A stretch of 64,000 nt of DNA from an uncultured Acidimicrobiia bacterium (GTDB taxonomy: Bacteria > Actinomycetota > Acidimicrobiia > Spongiisociales > JAENVV01), in contig CBDUEV010000005.1 in NCBI GenBank assembly GCA_965366365.1, forward strand, positions 1,099 through 65,098, read 5' to 3'. Position 1 is the first letter of the stretch. Every line of letters begins with the position of its first letter. The notes beneath the pieces are model-generated. The model saw only the letters and a list, made by a program, of their open reading frames with translations. It was not told the DNA's origin and did not search any database. A program made the position numbers and the translations under genes. Below are positions 10,483 to 19,586 of this stretch, piece after piece.

Positions 10483-11213
10483 GCCGAGTGGCGCTGGTCA
10501 CCGGCGGCTCACGAGGGATCGGCCGAGCCATCTCCCTGGCGCTCGCCCAAGAGGGGTTGGCTGTGGCGGTCAACTACGCGCACCGGTCGGACGCCGCCGA
10601 CGAGGTGGTCGAACTCATCCGCTCGACCGGAGGCCAGGCGGTCGCCGTCGCCGGGGACGTGTCACAGAGTGCCATCGTTACCGAGTTGTTCGCTCGGGTC
10701 TCCGAGGCTTTGGGTCCGGTCGAGGTACTGGTGAACAATGCCGGCATCACGCGCGACGGGCTCTTGGTGCGCATGGGCGAGAACGACTGGAACGATGTCC
10801 TGGCGGTCAACCTGAGTTCTGTCTACCTGTGCACCAAGGCCGCCATGCGGTCGATGATCAAGGCTCGGTGGGGGAGGATCATCTCGGTGAGCTCGGTTTC
10901 GGGGATCGCCGGGAACGCCGGTCAGTCCAACTACGCCGCCTCGAAGGCCGGCATCATCGGCTTCACGAAGTCCGTCGCCAAGGAGGTCGGATCCCGCGGC
11001 ATCACCGCCAACGTGGTCGCCCCTGGCTTCATCGAGACGGACATGACGGACGAGCTCGGGGAAGAAGCTCGGGCAAACGCAACGTCCTCCGTGGCGGTGG
11101 GTCGCCTCGGCTCTCCGGAGGAGGTAGCGTCTGCGGTGAAATTCCTGGCTTCGGATGCGGCTTCGTACATCACGGGCCAGGTGTTGGTGGTCGACGGGGG
11201 ACTTGCCCTCTGA
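10479..11213 (+). CDS. fabG: 3-oxoacyl-ACP reductase
   Basis: The GTG start overlaps the fabH stop (GTGA). It has the SDR motif TGGSRGIG and the catalytic triad context YAASKAG. The upstream portion of ORF 10323..11213 overlaps fabH and is not coding. Confidence 0.85.
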   Translation: MSRVALVTGGSRGIGRAISLALAQEGLAVAVNYAHRSDAADEVVELIRSTGGQAVAVAGDVSQSAIVTELFARVSEALGPVEVLVNNAGITRDGLLVRMGENDWNDVLAVNLSSVYLCTKAAMRSMIKARWGRIISVSSVSGIAGNAGQSNYAASKAGIIGFTKSVAKEVGSRGITANVVAPGFIETDMTDELGEEARANATSSVAVGRLGSPEEVASAVKFLASDAASYITGQVLVVDGGLAL

Positions 11214-11275
11214 TCGTCCTGCAGTCACAGCACAAAATCGCAATCAACCAAACCAGATAGAAAGGGAACACCATC

Positions 11276-11521
11276 ATGGATCGTGCCGATATCGAAAAAC
11301 GCATGAACGGCCTCCTCGTCTCCGAATTGGGGCTCGATGCGGCGAAACTCTCTCCCGAGGCTCGGTTCGAAGAGGACCTCGAGGTCGATTCGCTCGGTGT
11401 CGTCGAGTTGCTGATGGCGCTCGAGGATGAGTTCGGCGTTTCCATTCCGGACGAAGAAGCCGAGAGCATCGGCACGGTCGGCCAGGCCGTGGACATCGTC
11501 ATCGCCAAGATGGCTGGCTGA
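11276..11521 (+). CDS. acpP: Acyl carrier protein
   Basis: 81 aa with the DLEVDSLGVVEL phosphopantetheine-attachment motif. Confidence 0.85.
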   Translation: MDRADIEKRMNGLLVSELGLDAAKLSPEARFEEDLEVDSLGVVELLMALEDEFGVSIPDEEAESIGTVGQAVDIVIAKMAG

Positions 11522-11548
11522 GGACACGCCCGAGACGGGGGAGGACAT

Positions 11549-12799
11549 ATGTCGGGACGTAGGGTGGTGGTCACGGGGCTGGGCACGATCAATCCGTTGG
11601 GCCATGACATTGCGACTACTTGGCAGGCACTGCTGGCCGGCCGCTCCGGCGTGGGCTCGATCGACTCGTTCGACGCGAGCCGACTCAAGACGCAGATCGC
11701 CGGCGAGGTCCGAGACTTCGACCCCGAGGCCTTCATGGACAAGCGCGAAGCCCGCCGTCTCGACCGCTACACGCAGCTCTTCATGGTCTCCGTCGACCAG
11801 GCCATGGCCGACGCAGGTCTCCGCTATGAGGACCCCGATGATCCGGAGGCGGCCAGGTCGGGTGTGGTGATCGGTTCGGGCATGGGTGGCATGCTGTCCT
11901 TCATCGAGGGGCTCGACGTCATGCGGGAGCGGGGACCGGACCGGATCAACCCGCTCACCATCCCCAAGATCATCCCGAACATGGGCGCCGGAGTGGCCTC
12001 CATCGCTCACAACCTCCTGGGTCCAACCAATTGCACCGTGACGGCCTGCGCGGCCTCGGCCAATGCGATCGGCGACGCCGCCGAGTTGATCCGCCGCGGG
12101 AAGGCAGACGTCATGGTTGCCGGGGGAGCGGAGGCGGTGGTGTGCGAGTTCGCCATCGGTTCGTTCAACCAGGCGAGGGCATTGAGCACCAACAACGCCG
12201 ACCCGGAAGGCGCCTCGCGACCGTTCGACGCCGACCGCGACGGGTTCGTCCTGGGAGAGGGAGCTGCCACGTTGATCCTCGAAGAGCGAGGTCACGCACT
12301 CGCCCGCGGCGCCGAGATCTACGCAGAGTTCGCTGGGTGGGGAATGTCGGCCGACGCCTATCACATCACGCTTCCCCGTCCGGGTGGAACCGGGGCCATG
12401 CGGGCCATGACTGAAGCTCTCGACGACGCCCAGATGGAGCCGGCGGCGATCGACTACATCAACGCCCACGGCACCTCGACCGCCGCCAACGACTCGACGG
12501 AGACCGCCGCCATCAAACTCGCCATGGGCGACGCCGCCCACACCCTGGCCATCTCGTCGACCAAGTCCATGACCGGTCACCTGCTCGGGGCAGCCGGCGC
12601 CTTCGAGGCGGTGGTGGGGCTGCTCGCCCTTCGCGACCAGGTCGTTCCGCCCACCATCAACTACACCACCCCCGACCCCGAATGCGATTTGGATTACGTG
12701 CCGAACGAGGCACGCCAGATGGGGGTGAGTGCCTTCATGTCGAACTCGTTCGGTTTCGGTGGCCACAACGTGGCGGTGATCTTCAAGCGAGCGTCGTAG
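11549..12799 (+). CDS. fabF: 3-oxoacyl-ACP synthase II
   Basis: KAS I/II fold with the Cys-His-His active site (ACAASANA, INAHGTST, GHLLGAAG). Confidence 0.85.
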   Translation: MSGRRVVVTGLGTINPLGHDIATTWQALLAGRSGVGSIDSFDASRLKTQIAGEVRDFDPEAFMDKREARRLDRYTQLFMVSVDQAMADAGLRYEDPDDPEAARSGVVIGSGMGGMLSFIEGLDVMRERGPDRINPLTIPKIIPNMGAGVASIAHNLLGPTNCTVTACAASANAIGDAAELIRRGKADVMVAGGAEAVVCEFAIGSFNQARALSTNNADPEGASRPFDADRDGFVLGEGAATLILEERGHALARGAEIYAEFAGWGMSADAYHITLPRPGGTGAMRAMTEALDDAQMEPAAIDYINAHGTSTAANDSTETAAIKLAMGDAAHTLAISSTKSMTGHLLGAAGAFEAVVGLLALRDQVVPPTINYTTPDPECDLDYVPNEARQMGVSAFMSNSFGFGGHNVAVIFKRAS

Positions 12800-12817
12800 C
12801 TACCGCCGACCCGGCGT

Positions 12818-13096
12818 CTACTCGTCGTGGTCGGGTACTTCGCAGCCAGGACCGGGCGGTTCTTCGCCGCGCGCGTTGGCGTCGTGGAACTCTTCCATCG
12901 ATCGCAGCGCCAGCACCACGATCACCCCGACCCCAAAGCCCGTGACGATCGCAGCCACGAAGGCGATCGAGAACGTCAGCATCAGGCATCCCTCCGGTCG
13001 GCACCCGATGTCGGTGATGGTCCAACCCAAGGCTCCCCCCACCACGGCTCCCGCCAGGACCGGGACGACTACCCAGGGATTGGGAGTTCGCCTCAT
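12818..13096 (-). CDS. Hypothetical small membrane protein (2 TM, Cys-rich loop)
   Basis: The ATG at 13096 overlaps the stop of the upstream minus-strand ORF (ATGA). It has two hydrophobic segments and CxxxxC and GCEVPDH motifs. There is no competing plus-strand ORF. It could still be a GC-frame artefact. Confidence 0.3.
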   Translation of the reverse strand: MRRTPNPWVVVPVLAGAVVGGALGWTITDIGCRPEGCLMLTFSIAFVAAIVTGFGVGVIVVLALRSMEEFHDANARGEEPPGPGCEVPDHDE

Positions 13097-13929
13097 GACC
13101 GGGGTCTCCCTCTTTCGTCGTAGCCGGCGGCGTCCAGGACCTCCGGTGGGGCGAGCTCCGGGAACACCGGACTGGTCTGAACTCGCCGCGGGTCGAGCGG
13201 AATCGCCGCGCTGCGGGCTCCGGCGCTCCAGGCGAGCACCGTCATCGCCGCGGCCAGACCCACGGCGACAACGGCGCGAATCCAACTGCCCGTCACGGCG
13301 ACCACCACGGCGAGAGGGAGAAGCAGTAGTCGTGAGGCCCACAATCCCGTCACGAACGCACGGCCGTAGGCCCAGGCGACGACCACCGCCCCCAGCGCCA
13401 GAATTGCCGCCCAAACGTCGATCTCGTTGGTGAGGGCGAGGATGCTGGGGAAGAAGAGAAGACCGATCATCAGTCCGAGGGACTGGTTCGGAAGGGGCGT
13501 CGGCGGCGGCAACTGGCGGACGTGCGGGTCGATCCAGGGGCCGACAGTGATGAAGACGGCCCCGGCCGAGACAGCCAGACCCGCCCACCACCAGGCAGTT
13601 GGTTCGACCAGCACGGCAGCCACCGCTTCCAGACCGAACACCCCGATCGTGAGACCCCACGCCCAACGGCCGTGACTCACCGTCAGACCCAGCAGGGCCA
13701 CGATGGCGAGGAGGAGCAGCCCGGAGGCGTAGAAGAGGGAGGGAGTCGGATCGAAGTAGCTCGCCCCGAAGGCGACCAGGCTCGCCCAGAGGAGAGCCGC
13801 CGTGAATTGAACGCCGCCGATGACAGTGAAGGGGATGTTCACGGCCACCATTATGGCCGGGTTTTCGTCAGCGCCCGCAACGGCGACGGTGGGCCACTTC
13901 TCCCTGGACCAACCCGTCCAACTGCCCAC
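13093..13929 (-). CDS. Hypothetical polytopic membrane protein (~8 TM)
   Basis: It is a long Ala/Leu/Val/Trp-rich ORF with regularly spaced hydrophobic segments. It is translationally coupled to the downstream small ORF. No recognised family. Confidence 0.4.
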   Translation of the reverse strand: MGSWTGWSREKWPTVAVAGADENPAIMVAVNIPFTVIGGVQFTAALLWASLVAFGASYFDPTPSLFYASGLLLLAIVALLGLTVSHGRWAWGLTIGVFGLEAVAAVLVEPTAWWWAGLAVSAGAVFITVGPWIDPHVRQLPPPTPLPNQSLGLMIGLLFFPSILALTNEIDVWAAILALGAVVVAWAYGRAFVTGLWASRLLLLPLAVVVAVTGSWIRAVVAVGLAAAMTVLAWSAGARSAAIPLDPRRVQTSPVFPELAPPEVLDAAGYDERGRPRS

Positions 13930-13986
13930 ACGATGCCGGCTGGCGGTCCAGGCTTCGAGTTCGACGAGGCGGCGTCCGCCCGGACC

Positions 13987-14787
13987 TCACGTGTCGAGTG
14001 CGAAACCGCACGCGTCACAGAAGCGAGCCGCTCGTGAGTGCGCCACCGAGCCGCAGCCGGGGCACGACACTTCTTGCTGGCGCACACCGGCCACCTCGGC
14101 TGAGACGATCCCGGTTGGCACGGCGATGATGCTGTAGCCGGTGATCATGAGGACGGCGGCCAGCACCTGTCCGGCTCCGGTGCCCGGGGCGATGTCGCCG
14201 AAACCGACCGTGCTCATGGTCACGATCGACCAGTACACCCCGCGGAACATCGAATCGAAGCCGTGCTCGGGGCCTTCGATCACGTACATGGTCGACCCCA
14301 CGATGATGTTCAGCAGCACGACGGCGATGAGGAAGACGGCGATCTTGCGCGAGCTGGAGCGGATGGCCCGCACCAGGTAGTTGGCTTCGCTGAGCCAGCG
14401 AGCCATCTTGAACACCCGAAACATGCGCAGGAGGCGGAGGGAGCGGATGACCAGCAGCGACTGGGCGCCGGGGATGAAGAAGCTCAGGTAGACCGGCAGC
14501 ACGGCGAGGAGATCGATGATCCCGAAGAACGACCGCGCGTAACGAAGAGGTCGCTTCACGGTGGCCAGCCGGGCGACGTATTCGATCGTGAACAGGATGG
14601 TGATGATCCACTCGAGAACCAACAGTTCGGTGGAGAAGCGACGGCTGTATTCCTCGACACTCTCGAACATCACGAGGAGGACACTGAACGTAATCATCAC
14701 CAGCAGAACCACATCGAACGCCTTGGCGGCCGGTGTGTCGTTCTCGAAGATGACGTAGCGCACTCGTTGGCGCATCGAACCGTCCAT
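13987..14787 (-). CDS. Voltage-gated K+ channel (6TM, Ion_trans) with C-terminal zinc-ribbon
   Basis: It starts at an internal Met (MDGSMRQRVRYVIFEND). It has an S4-like RxxRxxRxxR segment (VIRSLRLLRMFRVFKMARW) and a K+ selectivity filter (TVGFGD). The C-terminus is a zinc ribbon (CPGCGSVAHSRAARFCDACG). The upstream 118 aa of ORF 13987..15141 look non-coding. Confidence 0.7.
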   Translation of the reverse strand: MDGSMRQRVRYVIFENDTPAAKAFDVVLLVMITFSVLLVMFESVEEYSRRFSTELLVLEWIITILFTIEYVARLATVKRPLRYARSFFGIIDLLAVLPVYLSFFIPGAQSLLVIRSLRLLRMFRVFKMARWLSEANYLVRAIRSSSRKIAVFLIAVVLLNIIVGSTMYVIEGPEHGFDSMFRGVYWSIVTMSTVGFGDIAPGTGAGQVLAAVLMITGYSIIAVPTGIVSAEVAGVRQQEVSCPGCGSVAHSRAARFCDACGFALDT

Positions 14788-14998
14788 GGCGCTCCAGGCT
14801 AGGGGGCCGACCCCCGAAGGCTGGGGAATGTCGGCGTGTGGCCGGGTGGGGGATCTGGGCAGGCGCCGCGCCGAGCATCGTTTCCCTGCAGGCGAGGGGA
14901 GCTCAGGCGATGCCTGTGCGGAGGCGTGCCTCTCTCGAGAGGTCACGCTGAAGCCTCGCGACGCGACGCGCTGGGGGAGTGCGGGGTAGCGTTTCGGT

Positions 14999-15343
14999 AT
15001 GACGGTCGATGAATACCTGGACGAAGCGCCCGAACCCCACCAATCGACGCTGCGGAGCCTGAGAGAGACCTTGCGGTCGATCCTTCCGGACGCCACCGAG
15101 GCCATGGCGTACGGAGTGCCGGCCTTGAAGGTGGGTGGCAAGGCGGTTGCCGGGTACGCCCACCTGAAGAACCACTGCAGTTACTTCCCACATTCGGGAT
15201 CGGTGATCGAGCAGCTCGCCGAGGAGCTGGAAGGTTACGAGACCAGCAAGGGAACGCTCCGGTTCCCCGTCGACGAGTCACTTCCCGAGGAACTCGTCCG
15301 GCGTCTGGTCGAGGTTCGGCTCGCCGATCTCGGCCTGGGATAG
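14999..15343 (+). CDS. DUF1801 (YdhG-like) protein
   Basis: 114 aa (MTVDEYLDEAP...LRFPVDESLPEELVRRLVEVR), typical of the DUF1801 family. Confidence 0.55.
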   Translation: MTVDEYLDEAPEPHQSTLRSLRETLRSILPDATEAMAYGVPALKVGGKAVAGYAHLKNHCSYFPHSGSVIEQLAEELEGYETSKGTLRFPVDESLPEELVRRLVEVRLADLGLG

Positions 15344-15414
15344 CGGTCCGTCGCCGGAAGCCGTTCTCCGCCGGCACGGCCCGCGTAGGCTGCGGGTGAA
15401 CCGAAAGGACTCCG

Positions 15415-17094
15415 GTGTCCAGACTCATCGAGTGTGTCCCCAACTTCAGCGAGGGTCGCGATCGGGCCGTGATCGACGCCATCACGAGCCGGGTGGAGAC
15501 CGTCGAAGGGGTGGCGCTGCTCGACGTCGACCCCGGCCGGGCCACCAACCGGACGGTGGTGACCTTCGTTGGAGCACCCGACGCCGTGATCGAGGCGGCC
15601 GTGCGGGCCGTCGCCACCGCTACCGAACTCATCGACATGCGGACCCACACCGGCGAACACCCCCGTTTCGGGGCCACCGACGTGTGCCCTCTCGTGCCCG
15701 TGTCAGGGGTGACGATGGAAGAAGCGGTCGAGTACGCCCACCGGCTGGCGGGTCGTCTCGCCGACGAAGTGGGGCTGTCGATCTACTGCTACGAACACGC
15801 CGCCCTCGAACCCGCCCGGCGCAACCTCGCCGACGTCCGGGAGGGTGAATACGAGGGGCTCGAAGCGAGGCTTGCCGACCCCGCCTGGAAGCCAGATTTC
15901 GGTCCGGCCACCTTCAATGCCAAGTCGGGGGCCACCGCGGTCGGCGCCCGGGGGTTCCTCGTCGCCTACAACGTCAACCTCAATACGACCTCGACCCGCC
16001 GGGCGAACGCCATCGCGTTCGACGTGCGGGAGCGGGGGCGGCCGAAGCGGGTCGGCCACCCGCTCACCGGCAAGATCGCCCTCGACGACGCTGGAGAGGA
16101 GATCTGGACCCCCGGTTCTTTGAAAAAGGTCAAGGCGATCGGCTGGTACATCGACGAGTACGGCGTCGCCCAGATCTCCATGAACCTCACGGACATCGAT
16201 GTCACCCCCGTGCATGTCGCCTTCGACGAAGTGGTCGACAAGGCCGCCGCTCGGGGGGTACGGGTGACGGGGTCCGAGCTGGTGGGGCTGATCCCACTGC
16301 GCGCCATGCTCGAGGCGGGCCGGCACTACTTGCGGCGCCAGCATCGCTCGTTGGGAGTGTCCGATGCCGAACTGATCAAGATCGCCGTCCGGTCTCTGGG
16401 CCTCGATGAGCTGACCCCGTTCGCGCCGCGCTGCAAGATCATCGAATACGCCATCGACGATCGGGCCGACCGCCTCGTGGACCTGCCCCTGCGTCGCTTT
16501 GTGGAGGAGACCGCCTCGGAGTCACCTGCCCCTGGTGGCGGTTCGGTGGCGGCGGCGCTCGGCGCGCTGGGGGCAGCGTTGGCGACGATGGTCGCCAACC
16601 TGTCGTCGCACAAGCGCGGCTGGGACGAACGGTGGGAAGAGTTCTCCGATTGGGCCGAGAGGGGCAAGGCTTGCCACGACGAGTTGCTCGCTCTCATCGA
16701 TGACGATACCGACGCCTTCAACTCGCTCATGGAAGCCTTCGGCATGCCCAAGGATTCGGATGTCGAAAAGGCGGCGCGCACGGAGGCTATCCAGGCGGCG
16801 ACCCGTCAGGCCATCGAGGTTCCGCTGCGGGTGATGGAGGTGAGTGTGGCGTCGCTGGACGTGATCGCCGCCATGGCCCAAGAGGGCCTGGCCGCCTCGG
16901 TGTCCGACGCCGGTGTCGGAGCGTTGTGTGCGCGGTCGGCTGTCCTGGGTGCGAACCTCAACGTGCGGATCAACGCCGCCCAACTGACCCATGAGGCGGT
17001 CGCCGTCGAATTCGTGCGGCGGGGCGAGGAGCTGGCGGCGAAGGCCGTTGCCCGCGAGGCGGAGATTCTCGCCACCGTGGACGACCGGCTGTGA
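15415..17094 (+). CDS. Formimidoyltransferase-cyclodeaminase (bifunctional FTCD-like)
   Basis: GTG start preceded by AAGGAC. The N-terminus (LIECVPNFSEGRD) is typical of glutamate formimidoyltransferase. The C-terminal ~200 aa is alpha-helical and cyclodeaminase-like (SPAPGGGSVAAALGALGAALATMVANL). Confidence 0.8.
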   Translation: MSRLIECVPNFSEGRDRAVIDAITSRVETVEGVALLDVDPGRATNRTVVTFVGAPDAVIEAAVRAVATATELIDMRTHTGEHPRFGATDVCPLVPVSGVTMEEAVEYAHRLAGRLADEVGLSIYCYEHAALEPARRNLADVREGEYEGLEARLADPAWKPDFGPATFNAKSGATAVGARGFLVAYNVNLNTTSTRRANAIAFDVRERGRPKRVGHPLTGKIALDDAGEEIWTPGSLKKVKAIGWYIDEYGVAQISMNLTDIDVTPVHVAFDEVVDKAAARGVRVTGSELVGLIPLRAMLEAGRHYLRRQHRSLGVSDAELIKIAVRSLGLDELTPFAPRCKIIEYAIDDRADRLVDLPLRRFVEETASESPAPGGGSVAAALGALGAALATMVANLSSHKRGWDERWEEFSDWAERGKACHDELLALIDDDTDAFNSLMEAFGMPKDSDVEKAARTEAIQAATRQAIEVPLRVMEVSVASLDVIAAMAQEGLAASVSDAGVGALCARSAVLGANLNVRINAAQLTHEAVAVEFVRRGEELAAKAVAREAEILATVDDRL

Positions 17095-17163
17095 AGACAC
17101 GAGGCGCCCAGCGCCTCGACGTGTGCGGCGGCCCGACGCGGGCCCGTGTCTTTCGATCTGCGG

Positions 17164-17667
17164 TCAAACGGCGGAGAGGCTCACCTGTTCGGTTCCGCAC
17201 GCGGCCCGTCCATGGGCAGCTTCGTGGTGGCGCATCCGCATGATGGGCATGGCAATTCCATAGGTGACGAAATCACCCCGCGGGATGACCCGGATGATGG
17301 CCGCGTTCTCGAGCACCCCAGGATCCCGCTCCTTGCCGAGTGGCAACCGCTGGAACAACGAGGCGTTGACCTCCGGCACCCCGAGGAGCTCTGCTTCGCC
17401 TTGAAAGGTGATCGTGGCCGCCGGGATCTTGATGAACGGTAGGAACGGGACGCGCTTGGGCAGGGTGACGGTCATGGACACGTGGGGGTTTGCGGCGATG
17501 TGCCGTGCTTTCCAGGATGTCCCGTCGGTGCTGATGTACAGCGACCGGCCGTCGACGACGTAGCAGACGCCGGTGGACCGGGGGTGACCGGCCGCGTTCA
17601 CGAACGCCAGGACACCGAAGAACGCCTGCTCGAGGGCCTCCCACACCTGCTCGGTGGTAGGCGACAC
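17164..17667 (-). CDS. Pyridoxamine 5'-phosphate oxidase-family (PPOX class, probably F420/FMN-binding) protein
   Basis: The GTG start at 17667 has a perfect AAGGAGG RBS 5 nt upstream on the minus strand. Typical PPOX split-barrel motifs (SPTTEQVWEALEQAFFGVLAFV..., PHVSMTV) are present. Confidence 0.7.
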   Translation of the reverse strand: MSPTTEQVWEALEQAFFGVLAFVNAAGHPRSTGVCYVVDGRSLYISTDGTSWKARHIAANPHVSMTVTLPKRVPFLPFIKIPAATITFQGEAELLGVPEVNASLFQRLPLGKERDPGVLENAAIIRVIPRGDFVTYGIAMPIMRMRHHEAAHGRAACGTEQVSLSAV

Positions 17668-17994
17668 GAGAACCTCCTTTGAGTGCGCGTCCGAACATTG
17701 TGCCCGGTGGGTGAGGCCGGGTCCAGGGTCCAACGCCCCCGCCTGGTCAGCCGACCGCGAGATTGAACGGCGGGCGAAAGCCGCGAAGGCCACGGCCTAG
17801 CTGCAGCCGGAGCGAAGGGCTTGCCGACGAACCTCCGGGCCAAGCCGGCGAGCTGCGGCGGTGCGTGCGGTGGTCACCGCCGTACGGTGATCGTTCCCGT
17901 CGGTGACCATTGCCCCTGGCCACCGGCGCGTCGGAGGCGTCATGGTTGAGGGGCAACGTAATGGCGCCGAACCGTGCGCCGTCAGGAGGATGTG

Positions 17995-18747
17995 ATGACG
18001 ACGTTGTCAACCAAGGAACCGCTGGTGGCGGCTCAGCCGGAGCCGGTTACCTATCGCAAGCTGGCCGTCATGGTCGGGGTCTTCTTCATCATTGGCACCG
18101 TGGCTGGTGTCTTGAGCGTTGTGGTGGGGGACAGAGTGCTCGGCGAAACCGACCTACTCGGCGCGGCGGCCGCAGACGAGACATCGCTCGTCGGCGGAGC
18201 GCTCCTGGTCTTGGTCATGGGGTTTCCTTTGGCGATGGTCCCGGTGTTGTTGTACCCCTTGTTCCGACGCCACAACCAGGTCCTTGCCATGGGCGCCGTG
18301 GTGTTCCGAGGCGTGCTGGAAGCCGTCACCTACATGGCGCTCGCCGGGCTCATGCTCGTCACCGCATCAGTCGGGCGGGAGTACGCAGCAGCCGGCTTTC
18401 CGACGGACGCGAACTTCGACCTGTGGGGCGGGGTGATTCTCGAGGCGATGGACTGGGCAGAAGTGGTCCTGGCGATGGTCTTCAGCCTGGGAGCGATGAT
18501 GCTGGGCTGGTTGTTCTACCGCACGAGGATCATTCCCCGCTGGCTGGCATTGTGGGGGTTATTCGGTGCGATCCTCTACTTCGTGGCTCCGCTCATCGTC
18601 ATGTTCGACATCCAGAACCTCGAACTGTCGCTGACCACCTCGATCGGCTGGCTACTCGGTCCGCTGGCGATCCAGGAGATGGTGTTCGCCGTGTGGCTCC
18701 TCGTGAAGGGGTTCGAGAAGAAGCCTCTCCAAGAACTGATGCAATAG
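17995..18747 (+). CDS. DUF4386-family membrane protein
   Basis: It has about 6 hydrophobic helices (MTTLSTKEPLVAAQPEPVTYRKLAVMVGVFFIIGTVAG...). Confidence 0.5.
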   Translation: MTTLSTKEPLVAAQPEPVTYRKLAVMVGVFFIIGTVAGVLSVVVGDRVLGETDLLGAAAADETSLVGGALLVLVMGFPLAMVPVLLYPLFRRHNQVLAMGAVVFRGVLEAVTYMALAGLMLVTASVGREYAAAGFPTDANFDLWGGVILEAMDWAEVVLAMVFSLGAMMLGWLFYRTRIIPRWLALWGLFGAILYFVAPLIVMFDIQNLELSLTTSIGWLLGPLAIQEMVFAVWLLVKGFEKKPLQELMQ

Positions 18748-19001
18748 TCACGGTCGGCGGGTGTCGCCGGCCGAGTTCTCTGCGGCCGCCGGTGCCGGTC
18801 CGGAAAGAAGGGGGAAGGACCCGAGCCTGGCCCAACCAGGCCCAACAACGAGGAAGGGCCGCCGGAGCGACCCCTCACTCTTTCCCATTCCTGCCCGCAG
18901 TCCTATCTGAGGACTGCACCTACCTATGCCCGGCACCCGCACGGGCGTGACACCTTGTCTCCGGAAAACCCCTGTCACGTCTGCCGGGCGGGCGGGCATA
19001 G

Positions 19002-19586
19002 TTGGGTATGAGCGCGGACGCATACGAATCCCGCACTGCCGTCGGTGGCACTCGACTGGAGAGTCTGCACGCCAGCTTCTATCCGCAGGTCCTGGCGTAT
19101 TGCCTGCGCCGCGTTCAGGCGGCCGACGCCCACGAGATCGCGGCCGAAGTCTTTTCGGTGGCGTGGCGCCGAATCGACGAGGTGCCCGCCGGCGACCAGG
19201 CGCTGCCGTGGCTGTATGGCGTCGCCCGCAACGTCCTGCGACACAAGCATCGGAGAGCCCGGCGCGACGTCGCCCTCGTCCTCCGGCTCGGCTCCCGCCT
19301 GCCACCGAACGAGCCGGGCCCCGAGCTCGTGCTGGTACGCAGCGTCGAGCACGAGATGGTGCAGCAGGCAGCCCGGGGTCTGAGTGCGGCCGATCAGGAA
19401 ATCCTTCGCCTGCACCTCTGGGAGGACCTCAGCCACGCCGAGGTAGGCCAGGTGCTGGCGATCGAGACCGAGGCTGCCAGACAACGCTTTCACCGGGCCA
19501 CCCGGCGGCTCCACCGCCACTTCGACCGCCTGTACGGCCCTGAGGTTTCCCCAACGACTGCCCCCGAGGAGGCGCCGCATGAGTGA
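19002..19586 (+). CDS. ECF-type RNA polymerase sigma-70 family factor
   Basis: It has region 2 (YPQVLAYCLRRV...AHEIAAEVF) and a region 4 HTH (DQEILRLHLWEDLSHAEVGQVLAIETEAARQRFHRA). Confidence 0.75.
   Translation: MGMSADAYESRTAVGGTRLESLHASFYPQVLAYCLRRVQAADAHEIAAEVFSVAWRRIDEVPAGDQALPWLYGVARNVLRHKHRRARRDVALVLRLGSRLPPNEPGPELVLVRSVEHEMVQQAARGLSAADQEILRLHLWEDLSHAEVGQVLAIETEAARQRFHRATRRLHRHFDRLYGPEVSPTTAPEEAPHE

Noticed and set aside
18898-18918. Perfect hairpin GCAGTCC-tatctga-GGACTGC upstream of the ECF sigma gene as a terminator or ECF promoter element
   Set aside because: It lies 150 bp downstream of the preceding gene, with no U-tract and no adjacent GGAAC/CGTC-spaced ECF promoter that I could align. 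It is recorded only as a possible structure.
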